This document shows, in pieces, positions 11,119 through 19,076 of a DNA stretch of 64,000 nucleotides (positions are counted from its first letter, which is position 1; each line of letters begins with the position of its first letter). Below the pieces are notes generated by a model. That model was given only the letters and a program-made list of their open reading frames with translations. It was not told the DNA's origin and made no database searches. Made by a program: the position numbers and the translations under genes. This DNA comes from Planctomycetota bacterium (lineage in GTDB: Bacteria; Planctomycetota; UBA1135; UBA2386). The stretch is taken from positions 10,171 through 74,170 of the forward strand of contig JADZDL010000020.1 in assembly GCA_020851075.1 (NCBI GenBank), given 5' to 3'.

Positions 11119-11193
11119 CTGGTTCGGCCGACAGCTGGTTCGCCGACAGGTCAGTCGAGCTCGCGCAGCGGCTCAGTCGAGCTTGCGCAGAGG
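11119..11193. repeat. two adjacent tandem micro-duplications (16+15 nt and 22+22 nt) at and after the pstS stop
   Basis: ctggttcggccgacag / ctggttcgccgacag at 11119-11149, then gtcagtcgagctcgcgcagcgg / ctcagtcgagcttgcgcagagg at 11150-11193. The second pair duplicates the last pstS codons plus the TGA. Confidence 0.85.
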
Positions 11194-12030
11194 CGGGTAA
11201 CCCTTCGCCGCGAGCACGCGCTGGCCGGCATCACTCTTGATCCAGTCGAGGTAGTGCTTGACCGCACCCTCGGGCTCGCCGCTCGTGTACATGAACAGCG
11301 GGCGCGAGATCACGTAGGAGCCATCGAGCACGGTGTCATTCGTGGGCATCACAGGCTTGCCGGACTTGCCGATCACCGGCACCACGCGCACGTGTTCGGT
11401 GGCGTAGGCGATGCCGCTGTAGCCGATCGCACTCTTGGTCTTGGCGCAGAAGTCGACGACGTCCTTGCTGCCGTTCAGGTTGTTGCACTCCGGCTTGAAG
11501 CGCCCCTTGTCGCCGAGCACCGACTCCCGGAAGTACTCATAGGTGCCGCTGTTGTTCTGGCGGCTGGCGAGCACGATCTTGTCGGCGTTGGGGCCGAGGT
11601 CGATGCCGAGGTCGGCCCACTTGGTGGCCTTGCCGCCGTCGCCGAACAGGTCCTTCAGTTGGTCTTGCGTGATCGACTGGATCGGGTTGTCCTTGTGCAC
11701 GTAGATCGCAATGCCGTCGAAACCGACCTTGTGCTGCACCGGCGTATGGCCGTGGGCCGTGGCGTCGGCAATCTCCTTCTCCTTCATTGCGCGGCTGCAG
11801 TTGGCAATGTCGACATCGCCGTCGATGAGGTTCTTGATCCCGGTGCCCGACCCGCCGCCCGAAACCGAGATCGCAACCTCGTCCGGGTGGGCCTTCATGT
11901 AAGCCTCGGCCCAGGCGCCCGCGACTTCGAGCATGGTGTCGGAACCGACGTTCTGGAGCTCGCGCTTGGAGGGGCCGCAGGCGGTGAAGGTGACGCAGGC
12001 GGCGAGGGTGAGGACGAGGGGGAGTTTCAC
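11173..12030 (-). CDS. pstS: phosphate-binding protein PstS (lipoprotein-type)
   Basis: 285 aa from GTG 12030, preceded by AAGGAA. Signal/lipobox-like VKLPLVLTLAACVTFTACG and PBP motifs SGGGSGTG and SRQNNSGT. Confidence 0.9.
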   Translation of the reverse strand: MKLPLVLTLAACVTFTACGPSKRELQNVGSDTMLEVAGAWAEAYMKAHPDEVAISVSGGGSGTGIKNLIDGDVDIANCSRAMKEKEIADATAHGHTPVQHKVGFDGIAIYVHKDNPIQSITQDQLKDLFGDGGKATKWADLGIDLGPNADKIVLASRQNNSGTYEYFRESVLGDKGRFKPECNNLNGSKDVVDFCAKTKSAIGYSGIAYATEHVRVVPVIGKSGKPVMPTNDTVLDGSYVISRPLFMYTSGEPEGAVKHYLDWIKSDAGQRVLAAKGYPPLRKLD

Positions 12031-12068
12031 GGGGTCTTGTTCCTTGCTTCTCGGACGGGGGTTCGAAT

Positions 12069-12130
12069 GCGAAGAATCGTGCACCGTTATGTGAAGACGA
12101 GTCGGTGCGAATATGAAGATTCCGTGAATG
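12069..12130 (-). promoter_or_regulatory. candidate Pho box: four 7-nt direct repeats in 11-nt phase upstream of pstS
   Basis: On the coding strand: CATTCAC (12130-12124), TCTTCAT (12119-12113), TCTTCAC (12097-12091), TCTTCGC (12075-12069). Offsets are 11, 22 and 22 nt. The site sits in an AT-richer intergenic patch about 39 nt before the pstS start. Confidence 0.4.
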
Positions 12131-12185
12131 CGGCCTGTGCCCCCTCGGACCGCAGGGTGTTCGCGGCCCCGCTCAAGAGAGGCTC

Positions 12186-14342
12186 TCAGCCCCCGATCCG
12201 GGCGCGGGCGGTGTCCGATACCACGGCGCCCAAGGGATTGGCGGTGGGATCCGGCACGAACGCCTGATGCAAGAACTCGATGCCCACGAGCTGTGGCGAG
12301 TAGGGGATCGGCAGGCGGAACAAGGCGCTGTGGTCGGTGCCGCTGACCAGGGCCACGGCGTCGACCGCGCTCTGGGCGGAACACCCAGGCATGCCCAGCG
12401 AGGCGAGGTTGATCGGGGATACAGCCGACCAACCGAACGTCAGGAAGGCCTGGTTCGCCGGCAGGTCGAGCAGGTGGACTTCCAGCGTGCGACCGATGCG
12501 CGGGGTATCGAACGGCACGAGTCGGGTGGCCGGGCGGGTTCCTGCGCAGCCACTGGCGATGGTCACGTAGGTGCTGGCGGGGCCGTACAGGGCGCCGCTC
12601 TGATCCGCCGTGCTGGCGTCGATGTCGAGGCACGAGTAGCCGGCGGGCATGGGCGGGATGAGGTTCTGGTACCACTGAGTCCATCCCCAATGCACGACGC
12701 CGCCGTCGGAGGTGCGGGCAATGATGTGCGCGTAGCCACTGACCACGTCGACGAACACGACTCCCGGTGGAAGGGCGGGTGGACCGTTGCCCAGCGGACT
12801 GCCTGTCATCACGACGCTACCGTCCGTGAGCAGGCCGCAGCCATGAAACTGGCCACCGACGGCCTTGCGGAACTTCAATCCACTGGGCGGTGCTGGGAAG
12901 TTGAAGCGGTTGTTGATGTTGTTGCCGTAGCCCACAACAAAGCCGTCGCTGCGCACGAGCAGGGTTCCGACGCTCATGGCGTGCACTGCCGTGTAACGTG
13001 TGCCGGTGGGTGGTGGCGGCAGGGTCACGGCGGATGCCGGAGTGCCGAACGCCACGGCGATGCCGTCGGAACGCAGTGCTACGGAATGGCTGTAGCCCGC
13101 GTCCATGGCGATGTACTGCGTCGAAGCCGGGAGCGGGGGCACGTTACTTTGCCCGACCGAGTTGTCGCCATAGGCGATCAAGGCACCGTCGGAGCGCAGC
13201 AGCAGTTGGTGGGCGTAGCCTGCGCTGCACGTGAGGTACCGCATGCCCGGTGGAGGAACATGAGATGTCTGCAGGAAGGCTGCCCCCCAGGTGTGTGCGG
13301 TACCGTCTTCTCTCAAGGCCATGCAGTTGCCTTCGCTGATCGCAAGATCCGGGATCCCTAAAGACCCGTCGAGAGCTGAAGGTGCCACCATCTGGGTTGC
13401 GCTGTAGCCCCATGCGACAACCCGCCCGTCTGAGCGCAACGCAACGGTGGTGTTCTGCCCGCCGTCCACCGCCGCGAAAGCAAGCCCTGCTGGTGGGGAG
13501 GGGATGTTGCACTGCCCATCCGCGTTGAGGCCCCAGGCGATCCAGGTTCCGTCAGATCGTTTGGCGAGGCTGTGGGAGTCCCCTGTCGCAATGGACACGT
13601 AGGTGAGACCCGGCGGCAGGGGCGGCACGGCCGTCTGCCCATCGGTATTGAGCCCAACCGCTTCGATCATGCCGTCGGAGCGCAGCAGCAGGGCGTGAGC
13701 ATACCCCGCGCAAACGTCTGTGAAGTGCACCCCGGTGGGCAGCGTTGGGATTGTCGGCGGGTTGACACCTCACGCGACAACCCTGCCATCGAGTGTGAGG
13801 GCGAGCATGAGGGCTGCACTGGCTGCGACTCTTGCGAACGACGTTCCCGCCGGAGGTGTCGGCGGACTGAAATACGAGGTGGAGTTCTGGCCCCAGACAA
13901 CGAGGGTGCCATCAGACCGCAGGGCGAGTGCGTCGCTTCTGCTGGCCGCCACCTGCACGTACGTCGTGCCGGGGGCGAGAGCAGGAACCGGGATCTTGTT
14001 GGCCGAGTAGAACGGAGGCAGCTTGCCCCACTGGGCAATCTGCCCATCCGACCTCAAGGCGTAGCAGTTCGCATTGTCGCCAACATCACAATCAACGAAT
14101 GTGATTCCCGCAGGTAGTGGAGGCGGCGGCTCTGCTTGACCGCCGCTCACAAAGACGGCCCCGTCGTTTCGACGCTGCATAGCGACCATGCCGTGGGCAC
14201 GCACTTGCACGAAGCCTGCGCTTGCGCTGCGTGTGTCGAATCCGAAGGGACCCCATCCGACGACGTAGTTCTGGGCGGTCAAACTGCACGCGAGGAAGGC
14301 CCAGAGCATGGCCTTGCCCAAAATCTCACGGAGGATCGGCAT
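12186..14342 (-). pseudogene. secreted RCC1-repeat beta-propeller protein with shared C-terminal module, interrupted by one in-frame TGA (13770-13772)
   Basis: ORFs 13770..14594 and 12186..13730 are in the same frame (864 nt apart). Read-through gives ...LDGRVVA*GVNPPTIPTLPTGVHFTDVCAGYAH..., which continues the RCC1 repeat. Signal peptide MPILREILGKAMLWAFLACSLTAQ starts at ATG 14342. Confidence 0.7.
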
Positions 14343-14614
14343 TTGGCCCTGGCTCAGTAGGTGATGACGAGGGCGGGAGAAGCAGCCGCGTTGAGCGACC
14401 CGTGCAATCGTGAGTACAGAATGGCGACAGCGCATGCAGAGCAGCAACTGGTCACGCTGGCAACGGCGTTTGTGCTGGCCCGGCCATCGTAGTGCATTCC
14501 AACATGGTATCACGCCGCCTGGGGGCTTGACGTCGCACGAGAACCTGGGGCATGGTGGCGAACTCCGGGCGGTCCGGAATGCTGCTGGAGCCATGTCCTA
14601 CCCACCTTGTGCCC

Positions 14615-15160
14615 ATGAAGGAGTCTGCCACCTTTGCCTTGAGGGCCCTGGCCATGATCGCCGCATGCACCGCGGCCGCGGCGCAGTGTGCAAACCAGTA
14701 TGTGCCCAACATGCAGTTGGCCGGCGTCGACGGCATCGTGCGCGCCGTCACCGTGTGGGATCGCGACGGCACCGGCCCGCTACCGCCGCTGGCGGTGCTG
14801 GGCGGTTCGTTTGCGCAGGCGGGCACTACGAGTGTCGCGTCCATCGTCGCCTTCGATCCGGCGACCGGCGTGTGGTCGTCGCTTGGTCTCGGCGTCAGCG
14901 CCTTCGGCAGCCCGGGGGAAGTGCTCGCGCTCGCCACGGCAGCCAATGGCGACCTGCTCGTCGGCGGCTCGTTCACGATGGCGGGTGGGGTGAACGGCAT
15001 CTTGAACATCGCGCGCTGGGGCGGCGTCAACTGGTCGGCGTTGGGCGGTGGAACGAGTGCACCCATGCGGGCGATCGAGGCCATGGCAGAACACGACTCC
15101 CGGTGGAAGGGCGGGTGGGCCGTTGCCACTTCAATCCACTGGGCGGTGCTGGGAAGTTGA
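14615..15160 (+). pseudogene. 5' fragment of a secreted beta-propeller repeat protein, truncated at a rearrangement junction
   Basis: Signal peptide MKESATFALRALAMIAACTAAAAQ, then ~55-aa repeats (LLVGGSFTMAGGVNGILNIARWGGVNWSALGGG). From ~15089 the reading frame runs into antisense sequence copied from the RCC1 gene and stops at 15160. Confidence 0.5.
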
Positions 15161-15212
15161 AACGGTTGTTGATGTTGTTGCCGTAGCCCAGAACTAAGCC
15201 GTCGCGGCGCAC
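15089..15212. repeat. decayed partial copy of RCC1-gene segment 12753..12956 carrying an 80-nt internal deletion
   Basis: 15089-15127 matches 12753-12791 (38/39). 15128-15212 matches 12872-12956 (81/85). 12792-12871 is absent from the copy. Confidence 0.85.
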
Positions 15213-15271
15213 TAGGGGGAAGCAATGCGTCGAGGCCGGGACAAGCCGGGTGAGGGCGAAGTTGCAGCCCC

Positions 15272-16789
15272 TTACCGTTTCGAAGGACTGACAGCATCCA
15301 TGCTCCCACTTGGTGCCACGAACTGCAGAGGCGCAGGCGGCGATACCACCACTGGAAGCAGGTCCGCAGCAACAACTTGAGGGCCATCGCCTGGTTCAAC
15401 CCGGAAATAAACCTCCGCCTGCAATGCCAAGCCAGCTTCGCTTTCCGTGGCCATCATGATCCTCACTCCGTAATTCCCGACCGGCAACCACCATTGTGCG
15501 TTATCGCCCTCATTATGGCCAACAGCGGTTGCGCGCGTCCCCGCATCGACGCTTACCAATTCTGTAAGAAACGCCTTTGGTGAGTAGTCCTGCGGCAGGC
15601 GCATGTCAATGGATACCCTTCGTAGGACCCGGGCCAAGGTGATTTCCCGGTCCTCGTAGGAACCTGCTGATACATGGATGGGGCCTCCACGCTGCAGATC
15701 TTTCGCCAGGAAGGGGTGTTCGCTACACCCAAGTTCATATTGTCCGCTCGGGAGAGTTGCAGGCTCTCCCAACCGCAGTTCGATAGAAAGCCCCGGATGT
15801 GACAAGAATGAGCGGCCCCACGGTTCAGCCCCGATGCGGCGCACCTCAACCTTAAAGCCGGACAAGCCACTTAGTACGACGGTGCCGAATTCTGACGATG
15901 GAAGCGAGTCCCCAAAGCCGATGGTGGCTGGAGCCTGGAACGCGGTGAGGGCAATCGGTTCGACTTTGACCTTCGTGGGGGTCCGCCCTGCCCAGCACAC
16001 GTTGACATGCCAGTCGCCTAGGGCTCCTTCGCGACCATCATGCAGAAAGGCCATGACCTTTGCTCCAGGCCAGTTCAAACGAATCCCATCCTCAATTTCC
16101 CGGAGAGCGCCTGACGTTAGAGGGCTCCAATCCCGGTGGAGTACCTCGTAGCCCGTTCCTTGCTCAGCTTGCACAGCAACGGTTCCCTCGTTTGCGAAGT
16201 CGTAGGCCAATACATAAACATCGAACATGCGCAGAGTAGTCTCTGCGTGCTCCTCCAATTGCAGGATCGCTCGGTCCCCATTGCCATAGCGTGTATTCCG
16301 GGACCCTACGTATTTCGGATGGGCAACGTGCACATAGTACTTCCCCGGGCTCGCTCGGATGACGGCAACCCCGCCTGAGTCGGTCTTGGCGTGGGGGAAT
16401 CGATTCGATCTTCGCAGGTCTCTTGGCGCATACCATGCGTCTGCCAACCACACATCTGCTCCCACCAAGGGAATCTCCTGGGGGGCAACTACCCTCACGA
16501 TGGCCTCGCCCAGGCGATCTCGGGATGACGAATGCGCGGGAGTGGAACTGTCGGAGGCGCTGGCCGTTGCGCTGCCCGCCGGTTTTGTGACAATCTCCTC
16601 GTGCGGCACTCCAACTTCTGCCACCGCCGTCCCGGCTTGCAGGTCAGGACGCGAAAGGGCTCGCTCCGACGGCGAGTTCCAAGGAGTCCATGTGTCCCGC
16701 AGCAGGATCCCACCTAACAAGAGAAGCAAGGCCGCGACCCACGCTGATCGCCAAGTCCTATTCCGCGGTCGACTCTGTGATGCGGTCAT
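15272..16789 (-). CDS. N-terminally anchored extracytoplasmic protein, unknown function (CarboxypepD_reg-like segment)
   Basis: 505 aa from ATG 16789. Short basic tail plus one TM (WRSAWVAALLLLLGGILL). Segment IVRVVAPQEIPLVGADVWL...TDSGGVAVIRASPGKYYV. Lies in the lower-GC region. Confidence 0.6.
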   Translation of the reverse strand: MTASQSRPRNRTWRSAWVAALLLLLGGILLRDTWTPWNSPSERALSRPDLQAGTAVAEVGVPHEEIVTKPAGSATASASDSSTPAHSSSRDRLGEAIVRVVAPQEIPLVGADVWLADAWYAPRDLRRSNRFPHAKTDSGGVAVIRASPGKYYVHVAHPKYVGSRNTRYGNGDRAILQLEEHAETTLRMFDVYVLAYDFANEGTVAVQAEQGTGYEVLHRDWSPLTSGALREIEDGIRLNWPGAKVMAFLHDGREGALGDWHVNVCWAGRTPTKVKVEPIALTAFQAPATIGFGDSLPSSEFGTVVLSGLSGFKVEVRRIGAEPWGRSFLSHPGLSIELRLGEPATLPSGQYELGCSEHPFLAKDLQRGGPIHVSAGSYEDREITLARVLRRVSIDMRLPQDYSPKAFLTELVSVDAGTRATAVGHNEGDNAQWWLPVGNYGVRIMMATESEAGLALQAEVYFRVEPGDGPQVVAADLLPVVVSPPAPLQFVAPSGSMDAVSPSKR

Positions 16790-16796
16790 GGTGACC

Positions 16797-17192
16797 TCAG
16801 TTGCAGCGACATACTTCGGTCCACACGCCCCAAAACGCCCACCAATGGGAGTAATCGCAGGCATACCCGAGACCACCGTCGGCACACGGGTTGCGCTCAA
16901 CGCAGACTACCGGGGGTATGGCGACTTGACTGGCCATGCCCGTGCAGAAGCACGCAGTGGGCCACCCCTCCGGATTCGGTGAGAGACTGCACTTGCAGTA
17001 GAATCGGCCACTGAACATTTCCTCTCGACAAAAGCCCTCCGCATAGAGGCACTCATTTGGCGCGCATTGCTTCTCCCACTCGCCATTATTGAGTCGGATC
17101 AGCAGCGTGCACCAACAGCTCGGCTCCTGGGCCGATGCAGGGGCAATCAACAAGGCCAGCGCCAACAGGAGAAAGTGCAACATCTGGAGCAT
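16797..17192 (-). CDS. small secreted cysteine-rich protein (14 Cys in ~107 mature residues)
   Basis: 131 aa from ATG 17192. Signal peptide MLQMLHFLLLALALLIAPASA. Four CxC pairs (CWC, CKC, CFC, CRC) plus six single Cys. Starts 5 nt after the sigma stop and ends 8 nt before the next gene. Confidence 0.6.
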   Translation of the reverse strand: MLQMLHFLLLALALLIAPASAQEPSCWCTLLIRLNNGEWEKQCAPNECLYAEGFCREEMFSGRFYCKCSLSPNPEGWPTACFCTGMASQVAIPPVVCVERNPCADGGLGYACDYSHWWAFWGVWTEVCRCN

Positions 17193-17196
17193 TTTT

Positions 17197-17778
17197 CTAA
17201 AAGGCAAGAGGGCGAGGGCGACAACCTCGTCCCCCACGATTAAAGTCGTCGGAGACCGAACCAGAATTTCTCCGTTGACGTAAGGCAAGCGCCAACGCAC
17301 GCAGGCGCTGCCGCGCTCGCTCGACAGCCCTAACGCTTACCCCGAGGGCACGTGCCATATCCGCGTTTCTCGACATGCCCGACTCAAGGAGGCGCAACAC
17401 TGAGCTGGAGGCCCCCCGAGCGGTTTCCCGCAGTGCAACGACGAGATCTGCAGAGGAACGATTCCCGGCGCCGTTGACTTTGCTTACCCATGCGTCGAGG
17501 TTCGCATGAATCTCCACTGTATGTCGTTTCGATCCTCTCCGGCTATCAGCGATGCGGTGCACAGCCGTGCTGCGCATCCACGCCCAGACGACCTTGGGAG
17601 CGAGAACAGGACAATACGGGCAGTTGTGCATCGCGATTAGCATTGCCTCGGACGCCACGTTTCCCGCGTCTACAGATGGCCCAAAACGTCGCCCAATCCA
17701 CCTTTCCAGGTCGGATCGCAAGACCAACCAGGCGGATGCCCCCTGGACTTTCCGTTCCCGCCCCTCAAGCGAATGCAC
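17197..17778 (-). CDS. divergent ECF-type sigma-70 family factor
   Basis: Region-2-like DAGNVASEAMLIAMHN...VWAWMRSTAVHRIADSRR and region-4 HTH MSRNADMARALGVSVRAVERARQRL. GTG start at 17778. Lower-GC region. Confidence 0.6.
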   Translation of the reverse strand: MHSLEGRERKVQGASAWLVLRSDLERWIGRRFGPSVDAGNVASEAMLIAMHNCPYCPVLAPKVVWAWMRSTAVHRIADSRRGSKRHTVEIHANLDAWVSKVNGAGNRSSADLVVALRETARGASSSVLRLLESGMSRNADMARALGVSVRAVERARQRLRALALALRQRRNSGSVSDDFNRGGRGCRPRPLAF

Positions 17779-18026
17779 AGGTGGCTCCTGATCGCGATCT
17801 CCCCTCTAGCCAGGCTCGGGTGACCCAATTCGCTTGGCAGGTGACAGGTGACAGGCTTTGGGCCTCATTTTCCTCCCAGATCTTCCGGGACCGCACCCTA
17901 GCGATCCAATGGACAGAGAGTAGCTGCGCGGCAGACTACCGTCAATGCGGCAGGGAGATCTCTACAAGAAGCGTACGATGCTGTTACCAGAATTGCCAGC
18001 TGGTGGACCGAGCGCACTCCTGTTGA

Positions 18027-19076
18027 CTACTCAGCCCAACTATCGGCCAAGGGCGGCAGGCCGTCGGGGCCAGCGACCTCCCCGGGTGGCCGATGACGGA
18101 ACCGCCGGCTCTGCCAGAACCACTGCTCAGGCGCCTCGGCGATGGCCTTCGATAGCCCCGCGTTGATCCGGGTCGTGATCGCGACCAGGTCGGCGTCGCG
18201 GTCCTCACTCGGGGTGTGGCGGATCACGTCGTAGACCCGGACCTTGTAGCGGGACCGCCCCGTGCGCAGCACCGCGACGACCGCGATCGGCGCCCCGGTG
18301 GCCAGATGCAGCAGGGCCGGGGTTGCCACGGTTCGGGCCGGGGTGCCGAGGAACGGTGCCACGACCGAACTGTGCTTGCCGCCGCCGTCACAGAGGAGCC
18401 CGATCGCCTCCTTCTCGGCGAGCACCTTCTTCAACGTCCACATCACGTTCTTGCGCGCCACGACGGTCTGGCCGGTCGTCGTGCGCGAGTTGGCGATGAG
18501 GCGGTTCAGGGCCGGCAGGGGGCTTGGCCGGAAGACCGAGGTCAGTTGGATGCCGAGCAGGCCGGCGGCGTGCCCGGCGACGTCCCAGACCCCGACGTGG
18601 CCCGTGGCGCAGATGAGACCCTTGCCCTCGGCGTAGACGGCGCGCAGCGGTTCATACTCCGTGCAGTCGCAGTGGGCGCGCACGTTCGCCACGGTGATGC
18701 GGTGCATGCGGCAGAAGTCGATCGCCAGCCAGGCGATGTGGCGCGACCAGCGCCAGAGGTGGCGCGGTGGCCGAACGGGCCCGAGTGGTGCACCTGCCCG
18801 GAACGCGATGCGCACGTTGCGCCAGTAACCTTTGCTGCGGCGGCCCGTGGCGTCGCTGATGCGCCAGAAGAGGTACCACGGTATCGCGACCAGGTCCGCG
18901 AGCGCGTAGCCGAGGGTGGCGGGCAGGGCACCGATCAGCCAGAGAACGAACGCGAGCAGGCCCACGGCGAGGCGCTGCCAGAGCGGTTCTCGGGCGGGGC
19001 GAGGCTCGCGGGCCGCACCGGAGGTTTGGGCGCCGGGCGGCGGATCGGGCAGCGGATCGTTCGGCGCGTCGGTCAT
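18027..19076 (-). CDS. lipid A biosynthesis / lysophospholipid acyltransferase (LpxL/HtrB family)
   Basis: 349 aa from ATG 19076 (ATGA overlap with the upstream stop). N-terminal TM and the HX4D motif ATGHVGVWD. Confidence 0.8.
   Translation of the reverse strand: MTDAPNDPLPDPPPGAQTSGAAREPRPAREPLWQRLAVGLLAFVLWLIGALPATLGYALADLVAIPWYLFWRISDATGRRSKGYWRNVRIAFRAGAPLGPVRPPRHLWRWSRHIAWLAIDFCRMHRITVANVRAHCDCTEYEPLRAVYAEGKGLICATGHVGVWDVAGHAAGLLGIQLTSVFRPSPLPALNRLIANSRTTTGQTVVARKNVMWTLKKVLAEKEAIGLLCDGGGKHSSVVAPFLGTPARTVATPALLHLATGAPIAVVAVLRTGRSRYKVRVYDVIRHTPSEDRDADLVAITTRINAGLSKAIAEAPEQWFWQSRRFRHRPPGEVAGPDGLPPLADSWAE

Noticed and set aside
11119-11193. Short tandem repeats here and at 34251..34317 were considered as a possible CRISPR or minisatellite array.
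   Set aside because: There are only 2-5 copies of 15-22 nt units, with no spacers and no cas genes in the window. This is not CRISPR architecture.
13770-13772. TGA read as selenocysteine or as evidence for an alternative genetic code (TGA = Trp or Gly).
   Set aside because: TGA terminates many well-defined genes here (pstC, pstS, the MFS transporter, the DUF1553 protein, tricorn, acs), often within ATGA overlaps. No SECIS-like context was looked for or seen. A single point mutation or a sequencing error is the simpler explanation.
15213-18026. Classifying the lower-GC islet as a defined mobile element (IS, integron or prophage remnant).
   Set aside because: I found no transposase, integrase, terminal inverted repeats, att-like direct repeats or flanking tRNA. 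Only the compositional shift and the adjacent recombination scar support foreign origin.
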